Assembly (NCBI GenBank): GCA_037389275.1
Contig: JBBHKV010000025.1
Span: forward strand, 31,746-55,745
From: Sulfolobaceae archaeon RB850M
GTDB lineage: Archaea > Thermoproteota > Thermoprotei_A > Sulfolobales > Sulfolobaceae
DNA length: 24,000 nucleotides
Direction: 5' to 3'
Part shown: positions 16,612 to 24,000 of the stretch, one piece after another
Layout of the letters: the number at the start of each line of letters is the position of its first letter
How positions within the stretch are numbered: the first letter of the stretch is position 1
The notes under the pieces: model-generated
The model's input: only the letters and a program-made list of their open reading frames with translations
The model's database searches: none
Told to the model about the DNA's origin: nothing
Translations under genes and position numbers: made by a program

Positions 16612-17299
16612 TTCTTTTCACCCTAGTATTTCCAGCTACGACCCAATATTCTCCGTCATCCCTCACTTCTAATTTCCATATTCCTGTCGTATGTTTGACC
16701 AGTTCTACAGCCTCTTCAACAGCCCTTATAGTATCTTTCCTCCCTCTCCCTAAAGCCATAACCAGAAATACGTCTTCTCCAGGCTTTAAATCATCTATTA
16801 CATGGATAATTTTCACTTTCACTAAGTCTTTGTATTTTTTCATTAATTCCTCTTGTATCTCTTGAAGCCTTTTCTTAGTGTAATCTTCATAAGCCTGATA
16901 TTTAAGCTCGTAAACTTTATGGCCTTCAACTATTCCTTTTACTATTCCTAAGTATATTACCATTGATCCTACTTCGTTTCCTGCCTCTTCCCTGAATTTT
17001 TTGATCTCTTCTAGCAAATTAAACCTAGAATTAACTCTTAACTCTCCCCCTGCTGGAGGCGGTAATAGGGCGATTTCATCGCCTTCATTTATATTTTTTA
17101 TATCACTTCTACCATTAACCAGAATATTAACCTTAATACTTCCTAGTCCCTCTTTGATTACTCTTCCGAACTCTTTTCCGTAAATATGCTCGAGTTGTGA
17201 AATTAAACATTCTATGTCTTTGCACTCAGTTTCTATTATTTCTGAATCCTTACCAGTAAAGTCTTGTAAAAACGCGAAATATCTAATTTTTACTTTCAA
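16589..17299 (-). CDS. Molybdopterin synthase MoaD-MoaE fusion protein
   Basis: 236-aa ORF with a TTG start. Residues 1-85 are a ubiquitin-like MoaD ([11 protein letters not shown]...) ending in PPPAGG. A MoaE-like domain follows directly ([30 protein letters not shown]). Confidence 0.85.
   Translation of the reverse strand: MKVKIRYFAFLQDFTGKDSEIIETECKDIECLISQLEHIYGKEFGRVIKEGLGSIKVNILVNGRSDIKNINEGDEIALLPPPAGGELRVNSRFNLLEEIKKFREEAGNEVGSMVIYLGIVKGIVEGHKVYELKYQAYEDYTKKRLQEIQEELMKKYKDLVKVKIIHVIDDLKPGEDVFLVMALGRGRKDTIRAVEEAVELVKHTTGIWKLEVRDDGEYWVVAGNTRVKRNEKTSST
16618..16622 (-). promoter_or_regulatory. Shine-Dalgarno GGTGA (minus strand) upstream of the thiDN ATG
   Basis: The plus-strand TCACC at 16618-16622 lies inside the 3' end of the MoaD-MoaE gene, 6 nt from the ATG at 16611. 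Confidence 0.55.
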
Positions 17300-17324
17300 T
17301 TTCCTCTATCCTCCTCATTTGTAG

Positions 17325-17335
17325 TAATTTTTATT
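17325..17335 (-). promoter_or_regulatory. TATA-like element (minus strand AATAAAAATTA) about 30 nt upstream of the MoaD-MoaE TTG start
   Basis: Lies in the 36-bp divergent gap. I see no comparable box at the right distance for the plus-strand 146-aa ORF. Confidence 0.35.
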
Positions 17336-17776
17336 ATGGATGAGGACTTTTTAAATTACCTACTTAGCTCGGATAATGGTAAATATAAGAGAAGTAATGA
17401 GGATATCATTCTACGAAAATTAAATGAAATAGAGAGTATTTTAATGAAGATTAGTAGAAGAATCGATACTAATGGAGAGGGTAATAAAAGTAAGATTGAT
17501 GTATTATACCAGATAATAGATAAAGGATACGTAATACTTTCAACGCTCGATTTAAACCCCTCATCTCATCCATCCCTTTTCATAATAGAATTAGACGGCA
17601 AATTTCTAGTTACATTTAAAGATACGATAGAACTTTTACAGTGTCTTGCAGAGAAATATAAGGACCAAATCGAAGAAAAAATACCTAAAAGACTTCTCCC
17701 GTTGTTCTTATTTCTGAAAAGGAATGGGCTAGTTTATTACGATCACGAGAGTAAAACATATAAGTTGGTTAAGTAG
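17336..17776 (+). CDS. Hypothetical protein, possible C-terminal winged-helix
   Basis: 146-aa ORF with an ATG start. The C-terminus LLPLFLFLKRNGLVYYDHESKTYKLV resembles a recognition helix plus wing. No family is recognised. Confidence 0.5.
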   Translation: MDEDFLNYLLSSDNGKYKRSNEDIILRKLNEIESILMKISRRIDTNGEGNKSKIDVLYQIIDKGYVILSTLDLNPSSHPSLFIIELDGKFLVTFKDTIELLQCLAEKYKDQIEEKIPKRLLPLFLFLKRNGLVYYDHESKTYKLVK

Positions 17777-20075
17777 AATACACTATTTCTCTTAGCACTC
17801 TTTCAATTACTCTATCACTTACAGACTTCCTTAATATTTCCTTTAGGGCTTTCTTCATCTCATCCGATTTTGCCAAGTCCATCGCTGTATATTCTAACCT
17901 CGGTGACGAAGTAATTCTTTTTTGTACATCTTCTAATAGCGTATCATAATTCTGGCTCCTTATATAATCAACAATCAGAGAAGTTTTAGAGCTTAAAGTC
18001 GCTATATCTGAAATTATCGAATTTATATACTTTATTATCGTCTCTTTTTTATCAAAATTCATAATTTCTTTTTTAAATTCTTGTACAAAGTACTTAGTCA
18101 CTATAGGGAATGAAACTGTTACAAAATATGCCTCTCCTCCTAAATTCCACAATCCCACCTTTTCAGCTATTTCATCAGTAGAATTTAACAGAGCGTTCTT
18201 GATTGCATTAATAGACATATCGAGAATTGCCTTTTCCGCTTCAGCAAAACTTATCGCTGTCTCTTCTTTTATTTCTTGTGTTAAAATCTCTGATTTATAG
18301 AATTTAGCATAAACTGATATTGTGCCAAATTTCCATGTGGAGAACGGACAAATGGTCAGTACTTGCTTTTTCACGTAAGGATAAGGGTTTCCTTGATATG
18401 TTGTAAATGTAAGTCCGGCACATTCGTCATCATCCCCTTTTATTCCCAGCTTTTTAGCCCAACACCCCGCATGAACTTTTTCCTTAATGTCTTTTTTAAG
18501 GACTTCATAAGCTAAAATTCCCTTATCACCAGAAAACTTATTATAAACGTAAAGCCCTTCTGGACATAAGAAGTAAATACCAATAGCACCACTGTTCTTC
18601 TTTTCAGTTAAAATTTCATTGACTTTATTTTTTGCGCTTTCCAAATCACCTGCTATAAAATCATCAAAGCCGCAACATTTCTCAGTTACTAGTCTGATTT
18701 TAGGAGAGAATTCTGGGGGTAAATTATTTCCGTTATCCAATAGATATTGTAAGAATCCCCTCAATCCGGTTGGGTCATACTTAGCTGAGCACCCCACAAA
18801 TAAGAGGAATAACGGTCTATTTCTATATTTTTCATTTAATTTATTTACAAGATTAGTAATATCTGAAGGGATATTAGTAATGTCGATCTGAGGTTTCTTA
18901 ACAGTCTTTATTAAATTCACTCCTTCAGTTGTTAACTCACTTATAGGAATATTGACTGGACATACCTCCTCGTCTTTAGCACAACCAAAACAAGGTTCGA
19001 ACTCGGTTTCCTCAAATATTAATCGGCCTATCTTGCCCAATGGGGAGTAAACTGGGTTCTTGGTTATCTTGTATGCAGTACACGTTGTTAAACATAAACC
19101 ACAATTTATACACTTTAAGGCATCTACATAAACTTTCTGAATCTTTACGTACTGTTTAGGCAATTTTAATTTCTTACTAACTTCCTTTAATATGGCTAAA
19201 TGTAAACTGCTATACTCGTTGAGAGAGGGAAAGGGCATAATTTCTTTATTCTTAAGTAGAAAATCAGATAATTTTTCTAAATCTTCAAACTTTATATTAC
19301 CGAGACTTACATAAAATTTTGACGGCGAGTTGAAATTTATAATATACGTTAGATATTCCTCAAAATAATTAAGTGAATTTACTTTACTTTTTGAAGTTGG
19401 AGGATATCTTAAAATCACTGGTATATAGTCGCGTTTAAAGGATCTGATTACAACGTTATGCAACTCGTTTAATACTGCATAAGTATCCTCACTAGCACCT
19501 TTAGAGTCCAAGAATTTAGCATAATAAGTAGGGACATAATACTTCTCTTTACCATCAATTATTACACCACTCCACGCAAATTCAACCTCCTTATCTACCT
19601 CTATGACTTCTGAGTATTTCGCGGTTAAGATTTCAGCCACTGAATTATTTTCGAGCTTGTAAACCTCCTTATATTTTCCTTTAACAAAGCCGAATTTATA
19701 GCTCCCAAAGCCTGACCCATTAGTTGCTATAAACCCTCCAACGGTACCTTGCAAATAAATAGGTGTTAAAACCGGTACAAGACCTAAAGGTTTCAGCTCG
19801 TTAATTAACTCATTAAAAGTTAAGCCTGGTGCGACTTTAAAGGCCTTATAAACTGAATTTGAGATTCCCCCACTCTCGTCAATCCTCTTCCCATTTGGAA
19901 GGGTTTGAGGAGAAGGAATAAGCTTGGCATTAGGGTATTGTATTAATTCTCCATTCATAGAAGTAGCCCTACCTATATAAATCTCTCTTGGGTTTTTATC
20001 TAAATATTTTTCGATTTTTTTAATTTCAATGGTTGTTAAAGCTCTACTGAAAATTGAGGCATCAGTAATAACCAT
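17769..20075 (-). CDS. Fusion oxidoreductase: PCMH-type FAD-binding domain, 4Fe-4S ferredoxin, CCG (HdrD/GlcF-like) domain, and an uncharacterised helical C-terminal region
   Basis: FAD-domain motifs are IYIGRATSMNGE and GTVGGFIATNGSGFGSYKFG. Fe-S motifs are CINCGLCLTTC and CFGCAKDEEVCP. The CCG motif is FVGCSAKYDP...KCCGFDD. The start is set at ATG 20075 (M36 of the 803-aa ORF) because the AT-rich box at 20101-20114 then sits about 30 nt upstream. The maximal ORF extends to 20180. Confidence 0.78.
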   Translation of the reverse strand: MVITDASIFSRALTTIEIKKIEKYLDKNPREIYIGRATSMNGELIQYPNAKLIPSPQTLPNGKRIDESGGISNSVYKAFKVAPGLTFNELINELKPLGLVPVLTPIYLQGTVGGFIATNGSGFGSYKFGFVKGKYKEVYKLENNSVAEILTAKYSEVIEVDKEVEFAWSGVIIDGKEKYYVPTYYAKFLDSKGASEDTYAVLNELHNVVIRSFKRDYIPVILRYPPTSKSKVNSLNYFEEYLTYIINFNSPSKFYVSLGNIKFEDLEKLSDFLLKNKEIMPFPSLNEYSSLHLAILKEVSKKLKLPKQYVKIQKVYVDALKCINCGLCLTTCTAYKITKNPVYSPLGKIGRLIFEETEFEPCFGCAKDEEVCPVNIPISELTTEGVNLIKTVKKPQIDITNIPSDITNLVNKLNEKYRNRPLFLLFVGCSAKYDPTGLRGFLQYLLDNGNNLPPEFSPKIRLVTEKCCGFDDFIAGDLESAKNKVNEILTEKKNSGAIGIYFLCPEGLYVYNKFSGDKGILAYEVLKKDIKEKVHAGCWAKKLGIKGDDDECAGLTFTTYQGNPYPYVKKQVLTICPFSTWKFGTISVYAKFYKSEILTQEIKEETAISFAEAEKAILDMSINAIKNALLNSTDEIAEKVGLWNLGGEAYFVTVSFPIVTKYFVQEFKKEIMNFDKKETIIKYINSIISDIATLSSKTSLIVDYIRSQNYDTLLEDVQKRITSSPRLEYTAMDLAKSDEMKKALKEILRKSVSDRVIERVLREIVYST

Positions 20076-20128
20076 TCCGCTTATAATTTTAGGAAGAGTC
20101 AAATATATTATTTTGCCAAAAATGAGTA
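20076..20128. promoter_or_regulatory. 53-bp divergent region with a shared AT-rich core (AAATATATTATTTT, 20101-20114)
   Basis: The core lies about 23 nt upstream of ATG 20129 and about 30 nt upstream of ATG 20075 on the other strand. Confidence 0.4.
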
Positions 20129-20878
20129 ATGGAAGTAGAGGTAGAAGTTCCGCTAAGCATATCCGGTATTTGGTATCCAATATATACCGATAATCCTCTT
20201 ACTACCGGGTCAATAGGGTTAGGATTAGCGTTAGAACCTAAGATATTGCTCAATGGAAAGATAAGTGAAAAACCTACTATAATTTTTAACAATGAAGAGA
20301 TAAATCTACCGAACTTGTTAATACTGAGAAGATTAGGTAGCTTAAAGATAGAAGTTGTTTCAGAAGTTCCATTAGGTTACGGTTATGGAATGAGCGGAGG
20401 TATAAGTTTAGGATATGCAATAATAGCTTATGAGTTGGGATTAACTCCATTAAGAGAAGCACTTTATATTGCACATGAAAGTGAAGTAGAAACTAAGAAC
20501 GGATTAGGGGATGTAATAGTTGAGTATTATGGTGGTGGATTAGTTTATAGAAGTAAACCCGGTGCACCGGGTATTGGTGAGGTTAAAAGAATCGAGGTTA
20601 ATTGGGATAAAGAGGTGTGCAGTAAACCTATAGTTAAAGAATCAACATCCACACTCTTACGTAATAACGATAAGGCTCTTGAGTATATTAATTCTTTCTT
20701 AAATTCCCCCTCTTTAGAAGCCTTTTTTTATTATGCGAAAAAGTTTACTGAGGAACTAGGGTTTAAATCACCTTACTCTAACTCTTTCAGAAAGAAAGGC
20801 TTAATAGTAAAGCTTGGTAATTGTGAAAAAGGATGGATCGTTCACAAGCCAGCAAAAAATGGAATATTGGTTCATTAA
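20129..20878 (+). CDS. Pantoate kinase (archaeal CoA pathway, GHMP kinase family)
   Basis: 249-aa ORF with a GHMP-like motif ([17 protein letters not shown]) and N-terminal VPLSISGIW. It lies immediately upstream of, and overlaps, the phosphopantothenate synthetase gene. Confidence 0.78.
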   Translation: MEVEVEVPLSISGIWYPIYTDNPLTTGSIGLGLALEPKILLNGKISEKPTIIFNNEEINLPNLLILRRLGSLKIEVVSEVPLGYGYGMSGGISLGYAIIAYELGLTPLREALYIAHESEVETKNGLGDVIVEYYGGGLVYRSKPGAPGIGEVKRIEVNWDKEVCSKPIVKESTSTLLRNNDKALEYINSFLNSPSLEAFFYYAKKFTEELGFKSPYSNSFRKKGLIVKLGNCEKGWIVHKPAKNGILVH

Positions 20879-21627
20879 TCCCAGAAAACCATCCAAGAAG
20901 GGAATCCCTTTTAATAAGGGAGAAAATTGTGGAGGCATTAGAGGAGGGCTATCTTGCACCTCAAGGTTTAATAGCTCACGGTAGAGGGGAGTGCTTTGAC
21001 TATTTAATAGGTGAAAAAACCCAAGAATTCGCAATTAAGGCTATAAGGGCTTCAGCTGCATTACTACTTTTAGCTAACTACCCGGTAATTTCAGTTAATG
21101 GCAATATGGCAGCATTAGTACCTAAGGAAATAGTAGAGCTTTCGAAAGAGGTAAATGCAAAAATAGAAGTTAACTTATTTTATAGAAGCTTAGATAGAGA
21201 AAAAAAGATAGAAGAAGTATTAAAGAAAGCTGGTGCTGAGGAAGTTTTAGGTGTAGGTGAAGACGCATCAATGACAATCCCAGAATTATTCAGTGAGAGA
21301 AGGAGAGTAAGTCCTAGGGGGATTTATATTGCAGATGTTGTATTGTTAGGCCTTGAGGACGGAGATAGGACTGAGGCTTTAGTAAAGATGGGTAAAAAAG
21401 TTATAGCCATTGATTTAAACCCTCTCTCCAGAACCTCCCAAACCGCTACAATAACAATAGTTGATAATATCATTAGGGCATTTCCTCTCCTAATAAAAAC
21501 TGTTAAGGAACTAAAAAATGAAAGTAAGGAAAAGTTAGAAGAAATAGTGAGAAATTATGATAACAAGAAAGCTCTTAAGGAGTCGCTAAGTTTTATATCG
21601 AAAAGACTTTACGAACTGTCCTTATAA
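20833..21627 (+). CDS. Phosphopantothenate synthetase (4-phosphopantoate--beta-alanine ligase), archaeal CoA pathway
   Basis: 264-aa ORF. The N-terminal block [48 protein letters not shown] closely matches my recollection of the Thermococcus enzyme family (COG1701). It overlaps pantoate kinase by 46 nt if ATG 20833 is the start. Confidence 0.85.
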   Translation: MDRSQASKKWNIGSLIPENHPRRESLLIREKIVEALEEGYLAPQGLIAHGRGECFDYLIGEKTQEFAIKAIRASAALLLLANYPVISVNGNMAALVPKEIVELSKEVNAKIEVNLFYRSLDREKKIEEVLKKAGAEEVLGVGEDASMTIPELFSERRRVSPRGIYIADVVLLGLEDGDRTEALVKMGKKVIAIDLNPLSRTSQTATITIVDNIIRAFPLLIKTVKELKNESKEKLEEIVRNYDNKKALKESLSFISKRLYELSL

Positions 21628-22394
21628 TGTTCTTTTGAAGGGAATTTTAGTTCTCTAACTTCCTTGATATACTCGTTTATGGCTTTCTCGATAATTTCCT
21701 TTAAATCAACATAACTTTTTGCGAAATATGGTTTAAAATCAGAAAGACCTAAAACGTCATGAATAACTAATATTTGCCCATCACAATATGGGCCAGAACC
21801 AATACAAATTGTAGGAACTTGAACACTCTCGGTAATTCTCTTGGCCACATGAGAGTATGTATTTTCTACAACTATAGAGAACACTCCAGCATCTTCTAAT
21901 GCTTTAGCATCTCTTAATAGTTGCTCCTCCTCATTACCTTTCCCTATAGTCCTATATCCTCCGAGTCTGAGAAACCTTTGCGGTGTTAAGCCTATATGTC
22001 CCATTACCGGTACACCAGCTCTGACGATGGCCTTTATTACATCTGCCATCTCTTCTCCTCCTTCTAATTTCACGGCATCAGCGCCGTGTCTTGCGAATTC
22101 TCCAGCGTTTCTTACAGCATCAGTTATTGATGTTTCATAGGATAAGAAAGGCATATCTGCAACAATTAGCTGTTTAGGTTTTGCTCTGACTACAGCATCT
22201 AAGTGAATTAACATTTCCTCCATTCCGACTTTTAGAGTGTTCTCCATCCCTAAAACTACCATTGCTAATGAATCTCCTACAAGGATCCCGTCTAGATCGG
22301 TCTTAGCTATTATCTTCGCTGTAGGATAATCGTATGCTGTCAGCATAGTTATCTTCTCTTTTCCCTTCTTCTTCACGAATTTTTTCACTGTCAT
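21609..22394 (-). CDS. panB: 3-methyl-2-oxobutanoate hydroxymethyltransferase (ketopantoate hydroxymethyltransferase)
   Basis: PanB motifs [33 protein letters not shown] and GHIGLTPQ. The start is set at ATG 22394 (MTVKKF), preceded by GGAGG. The ORF track extends to the TTG at 22421. Confidence 0.9.
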   Translation of the reverse strand: MTVKKFVKKKGKEKITMLTAYDYPTAKIIAKTDLDGILVGDSLAMVVLGMENTLKVGMEEMLIHLDAVVRAKPKQLIVADMPFLSYETSITDAVRNAGEFARHGADAVKLEGGEEMADVIKAIVRAGVPVMGHIGLTPQRFLRLGGYRTIGKGNEEEQLLRDAKALEDAGVFSIVVENTYSHVAKRITESVQVPTICIGSGPYCDGQILVIHDVLGLSDFKPYFAKSYVDLKEIIEKAINEYIKEVRELKFPSKEHYKDSS

Positions 22395-22977
22395 TTTTTC
22401 CTCCATATATCCTCTTCCCAATACTGTAAGCCATAACTAATAATCTCTTTGCATGGATAGCTATAGACTGTGTTTCCTCGTACTGTGAAGCTTCCTCGTA
22501 AATCTCTGTAAGTTGCGAAATCTCGTTAAAGACTAAATTCCTAAAAGTCTTTTTATCCATCTCAGTAAGTACACTTTTCCTCATCAAGAAGCTGAGTTTC
22601 TTTTCTAGACTCTTTGGGTCAAGGGAATAAAATTTAAGAAAAACGAGCTTAATTTTGGGGTCTTCGATTTCATCGTGATCTAATGCCTCCTCTACTTGTT
22701 CTTTATCAATGAACTTCCACCAATGTTGGTTTGTGCTCTTATATGTGGTTTCTATAATACCATAATCCTTTTCAAGGCTCCTAAGAAGCATTTTTGGATC
22801 AAAACCGTAACCCTTCTCCTCAAGTTTTTCTTTCACACTCTTATAACTGAAGTCGCCAAGTTCTGTGTTCTCGTTTTCCTCACTTGCCTCTAGTAAAGTT
22901 TTAAGTAATACCTTCCCCTTGTCACCAAACTTTAGCAAGAATTCAGTAGTTCTGTCCTTAACACTGCCATTTACCAC
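22303..22977 (-). CDS. Hypothetical acidic protein, possible N-terminal winged-helix
   Basis: 224-aa ORF with a GTG start. [48 protein letters not shown] looks like an HTH plus wing. Its last roughly 30 codons overlap the panB 5' end in another frame. Confidence 0.55.
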   Translation of the reverse strand: MVNGSVKDRTTEFLLKFGDKGKVLLKTLLEASEENENTELGDFSYKSVKEKLEEKGYGFDPKMLLRSLEKDYGIIETTYKSTNQHWWKFIDKEQVEEALDHDEIEDPKIKLVFLKFYSLDPKSLEKKLSFLMRKSVLTEMDKKTFRNLVFNEISQLTEIYEEASQYEETQSIAIHAKRLLVMAYSIGKRIYGGKNDSEKIREEEGKREDNYADSIRLSYSEDNS

Positions 22978-23031
22978 AAGTTACATTTGCAAAACCGTTT
23001 TATTAAACGTGTTATATTTATTCATGGTATA
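22978..23031. promoter_or_regulatory. 54-bp divergent region with a shared AT-rich core (GTTTTATTAAAC, 22997-23008)
   Basis: The core lies about 26 nt from the GTG at 22977 (minus) and about 29 nt from the ATG at 23032 (plus). Confidence 0.4.
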
Positions 23032-23769
23032 ATGACCGCTCAAATAGCAGTCAGTGTTACTAATCTGGTTAAAAATTTCGGAAATGTTACAATACTTAAA
23101 GGTGTTAGCTTCAAAGTCCTTGAGGGGGAAGTATTTGGTTTAATAGGTCCAAACGGTGCAGGTAAAACTACTACTCTGAGGGTTATTGCTGGGATTATAA
23201 GGAGCTATAATGGGGAAGTAAAAATCTTTGACTTACCACCACTTAAAGCTAAGGAGTTAGGCTATATTTCCTATATGCCAGAGGATGCCTTTCCTTACGA
23301 TAGGTTAACTGGGTTAGAAAATTTAGAGTTTTTCGCAGACATTTACGCAAATGGTGATAAAAAGAAAAAAGAGGAATTCGTTGAATTAGGTATTAAGATT
23401 GCCAATTTAGGGAATAAAATTTATGAGAAGGCGTCAACGTATAGTAGGGGAATGAAGAGGAGATTAATAATTGCTAGGACTCTAATGGTCAAACCTAAAT
23501 TAGCGATACTCGATGAACCGACTTCGGCTTTGGACGTTGAATCAGCGGTAAGGGTTAGGGATGTTATAACAAAAATTTCAAGAGAAGTAGGAACCACTAT
23601 TTTGCTCTCATCTCATAATATGCTCGAGGTGGAATATTTATGTGATAGGATAGCGTTAATAAATGACGGTAAGGTGATAAAAGAGGGTACTCCTAAAGAG
23701 ATCATTTCAGAAATGGGAGTGCGGAATTTGGAGGAAGCATTTATTAAGATTGTTAATCAAAAGGGTTAA
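23032..23769 (+). CDS. ABC transporter ATP-binding protein (ABC-2/CcmA-like subfamily)
   Basis: Walker [11 protein letters not shown]-loop, signature YSRGMKRRL, Walker [13 protein letters not shown] and H-loop SSHNM. The ATG at 23032 ([17 protein letters not shown]) is preferred over the TTG at 22987. Confidence 0.9.
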   Translation: MTAQIAVSVTNLVKNFGNVTILKGVSFKVLEGEVFGLIGPNGAGKTTTLRVIAGIIRSYNGEVKIFDLPPLKAKELGYISYMPEDAFPYDRLTGLENLEFFADIYANGDKKKKEEFVELGIKIANLGNKIYEKASTYSRGMKRRLIIARTLMVKPKLAILDEPTSALDVESAVRVRDVITKISREVGTTILLSSHNMLEVEYLCDRIALINDGKVIKEGTPKEIISEMGVRNLEEAFIKIVNQKG

Positions 23770-23886
23770 AATTCTCTTAAGGTTTTGTATTAAAAAGCCT
23801 TTGAGTATTCACGTGATAACACACTGCTGTGTCTAATATTATTAAATCTAGAAATAAACTACAATGTTTGGAATTGAATTAGGAAC

Positions 23887-23896
23887 AAATATTTAA
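23887..23896 (+). promoter_or_regulatory. TATA-like element (AAATATTTAA) about 28 nt upstream of the ATG at 23920
   Basis: Suggests the permease gene has its own leaderless promoter within the 150-bp spacer. Confidence 0.35.
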
Positions 23897-23919
23897 CCGT
23901 AATTTTTTAGAATTCATTA

Positions 23920-24000
23920 ATGCTTAGGACGTTTTTATGGAAGGAATTAAAGGAGCTAAGAAGGGATAAGAAGCTGTTACTATCCACTATAATCCTCCCC
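23920..24000 (+). CDS. ABC-2 type transporter permease, 5' fragment (runs off the window)
   Basis: The ATG at 23920 follows the in-frame stop at 23908. The 27 visible codons, MLRTFLWKELKELRRDKKLLLSTIILP, match the typical N-terminus of ABC-2 permeases. Confidence 0.5.
   Translation, partial: MLRTFLWKELKELRRDKKLLLSTIILP

Noticed and set aside
20076-20180. 35-codon hydrophobic N-terminal extension of the 803-aa oxidoreductase ORF
   Set aside because: It overlaps the pantoate kinase gene on the opposite strand, and the AT-rich promoter core fits ATG 20075 better. It is not fully excluded, since it could be a membrane anchor, so it is flagged in the findings.
22395-22421. TTG 22421 or ATG 22406 as the panB start
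   Set aside because: PanB homologs begin just before the KITMLTAYD block. The ATG at 22394 is preceded by GGAGG. The longer forms only lengthen the overlap with the upstream ORF.
22987-23031. TTG 22987 as the start of the ABC ATPase
   Set aside because: It would leave only 9 bp to the divergent gene and place the putative TATA core inside the CDS. ABC ATPases normally begin a few residues before the first beta-strand ([13 protein letters not shown]), which fits ATG 23032.
1-24000. Search for CRISPR arrays, tRNA/rRNA genes, C/D-box sRNAs, transposases or integrases, and MITE-like terminal repeats
   Set aside because: I saw no regularly spaced direct repeats. Intergenic DNA shows no GC-rich stem-loop blocks or T-loop-like GGTTCRAAT motifs; the one GGTTCGAA at about 18995 lies inside the oxidoreductase CDS. 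No RUGAUGA...CUGA pairs occur in the short intergenic regions. No recombinase-like ORFs are present. Only about 4% of the window is non-coding.

Overview
By my gene calls this 24-kb window is about 96% coding. It looks like a core-genome segment of an AT-rich crenarchaeon of the order Sulfolobales. That assignment is inferred from protein sequences such as aIF-2 beta, inorganic pyrophosphatase and aIF-1A, and from TATA-like elements about 27 nt upstream of start codons, which fits leaderless mRNAs. I call 27 CDS and see no rRNA, tRNA, CRISPR array, transposase or integrase. The genes form tightly packed, often translationally coupled blocks. (1) Minus strand: aIF-1A, Rio1 kinase and a KH/Dim2-like protein. 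(2) Minus strand: a thiolase and an archaeal MtaB-type tRNA methylthiotransferase. (3) Plus strand: aIF-2 beta, a DUF424-like protein, an NMD3-like protein, RNase HII and a DRG-like TGS protein. (4) Plus strand: a FlaJ/TadC-like membrane platform and a FlaI/PilB-like secretion ATPase with no pilin genes nearby. (5) Minus strand: a MoaD-MoaE fusion, ThiDN, an HD hydrolase, inorganic pyrophosphatase and a CesA/NodC-like GT2 synthase. (6) An 803-aa FAD/Fe-S/CCG fusion oxidoreductase. (7) Archaeal CoA genes: pantoate kinase and phosphopantothenate synthetase on the plus strand, convergent with panB. (8) An ABC-2 transporter. I see no obvious defence island or mobile element. The best candidates for undescribed biology are the pilin-less type-IV-filament core pair, an Hjc-like PD-(D/E)xK paralog with a long C-terminal extension, a DRG-family protein that has lost its GTPase motifs, and a perfect 13-bp inverted repeat bracketing the aIF-2 beta / MtaB divergent promoter. 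Also notable are the non-AUG starts of both initiation-factor genes and several uncharacterised wHTH-like proteins. All functional calls rest on motif recognition by eye. No database search was run.
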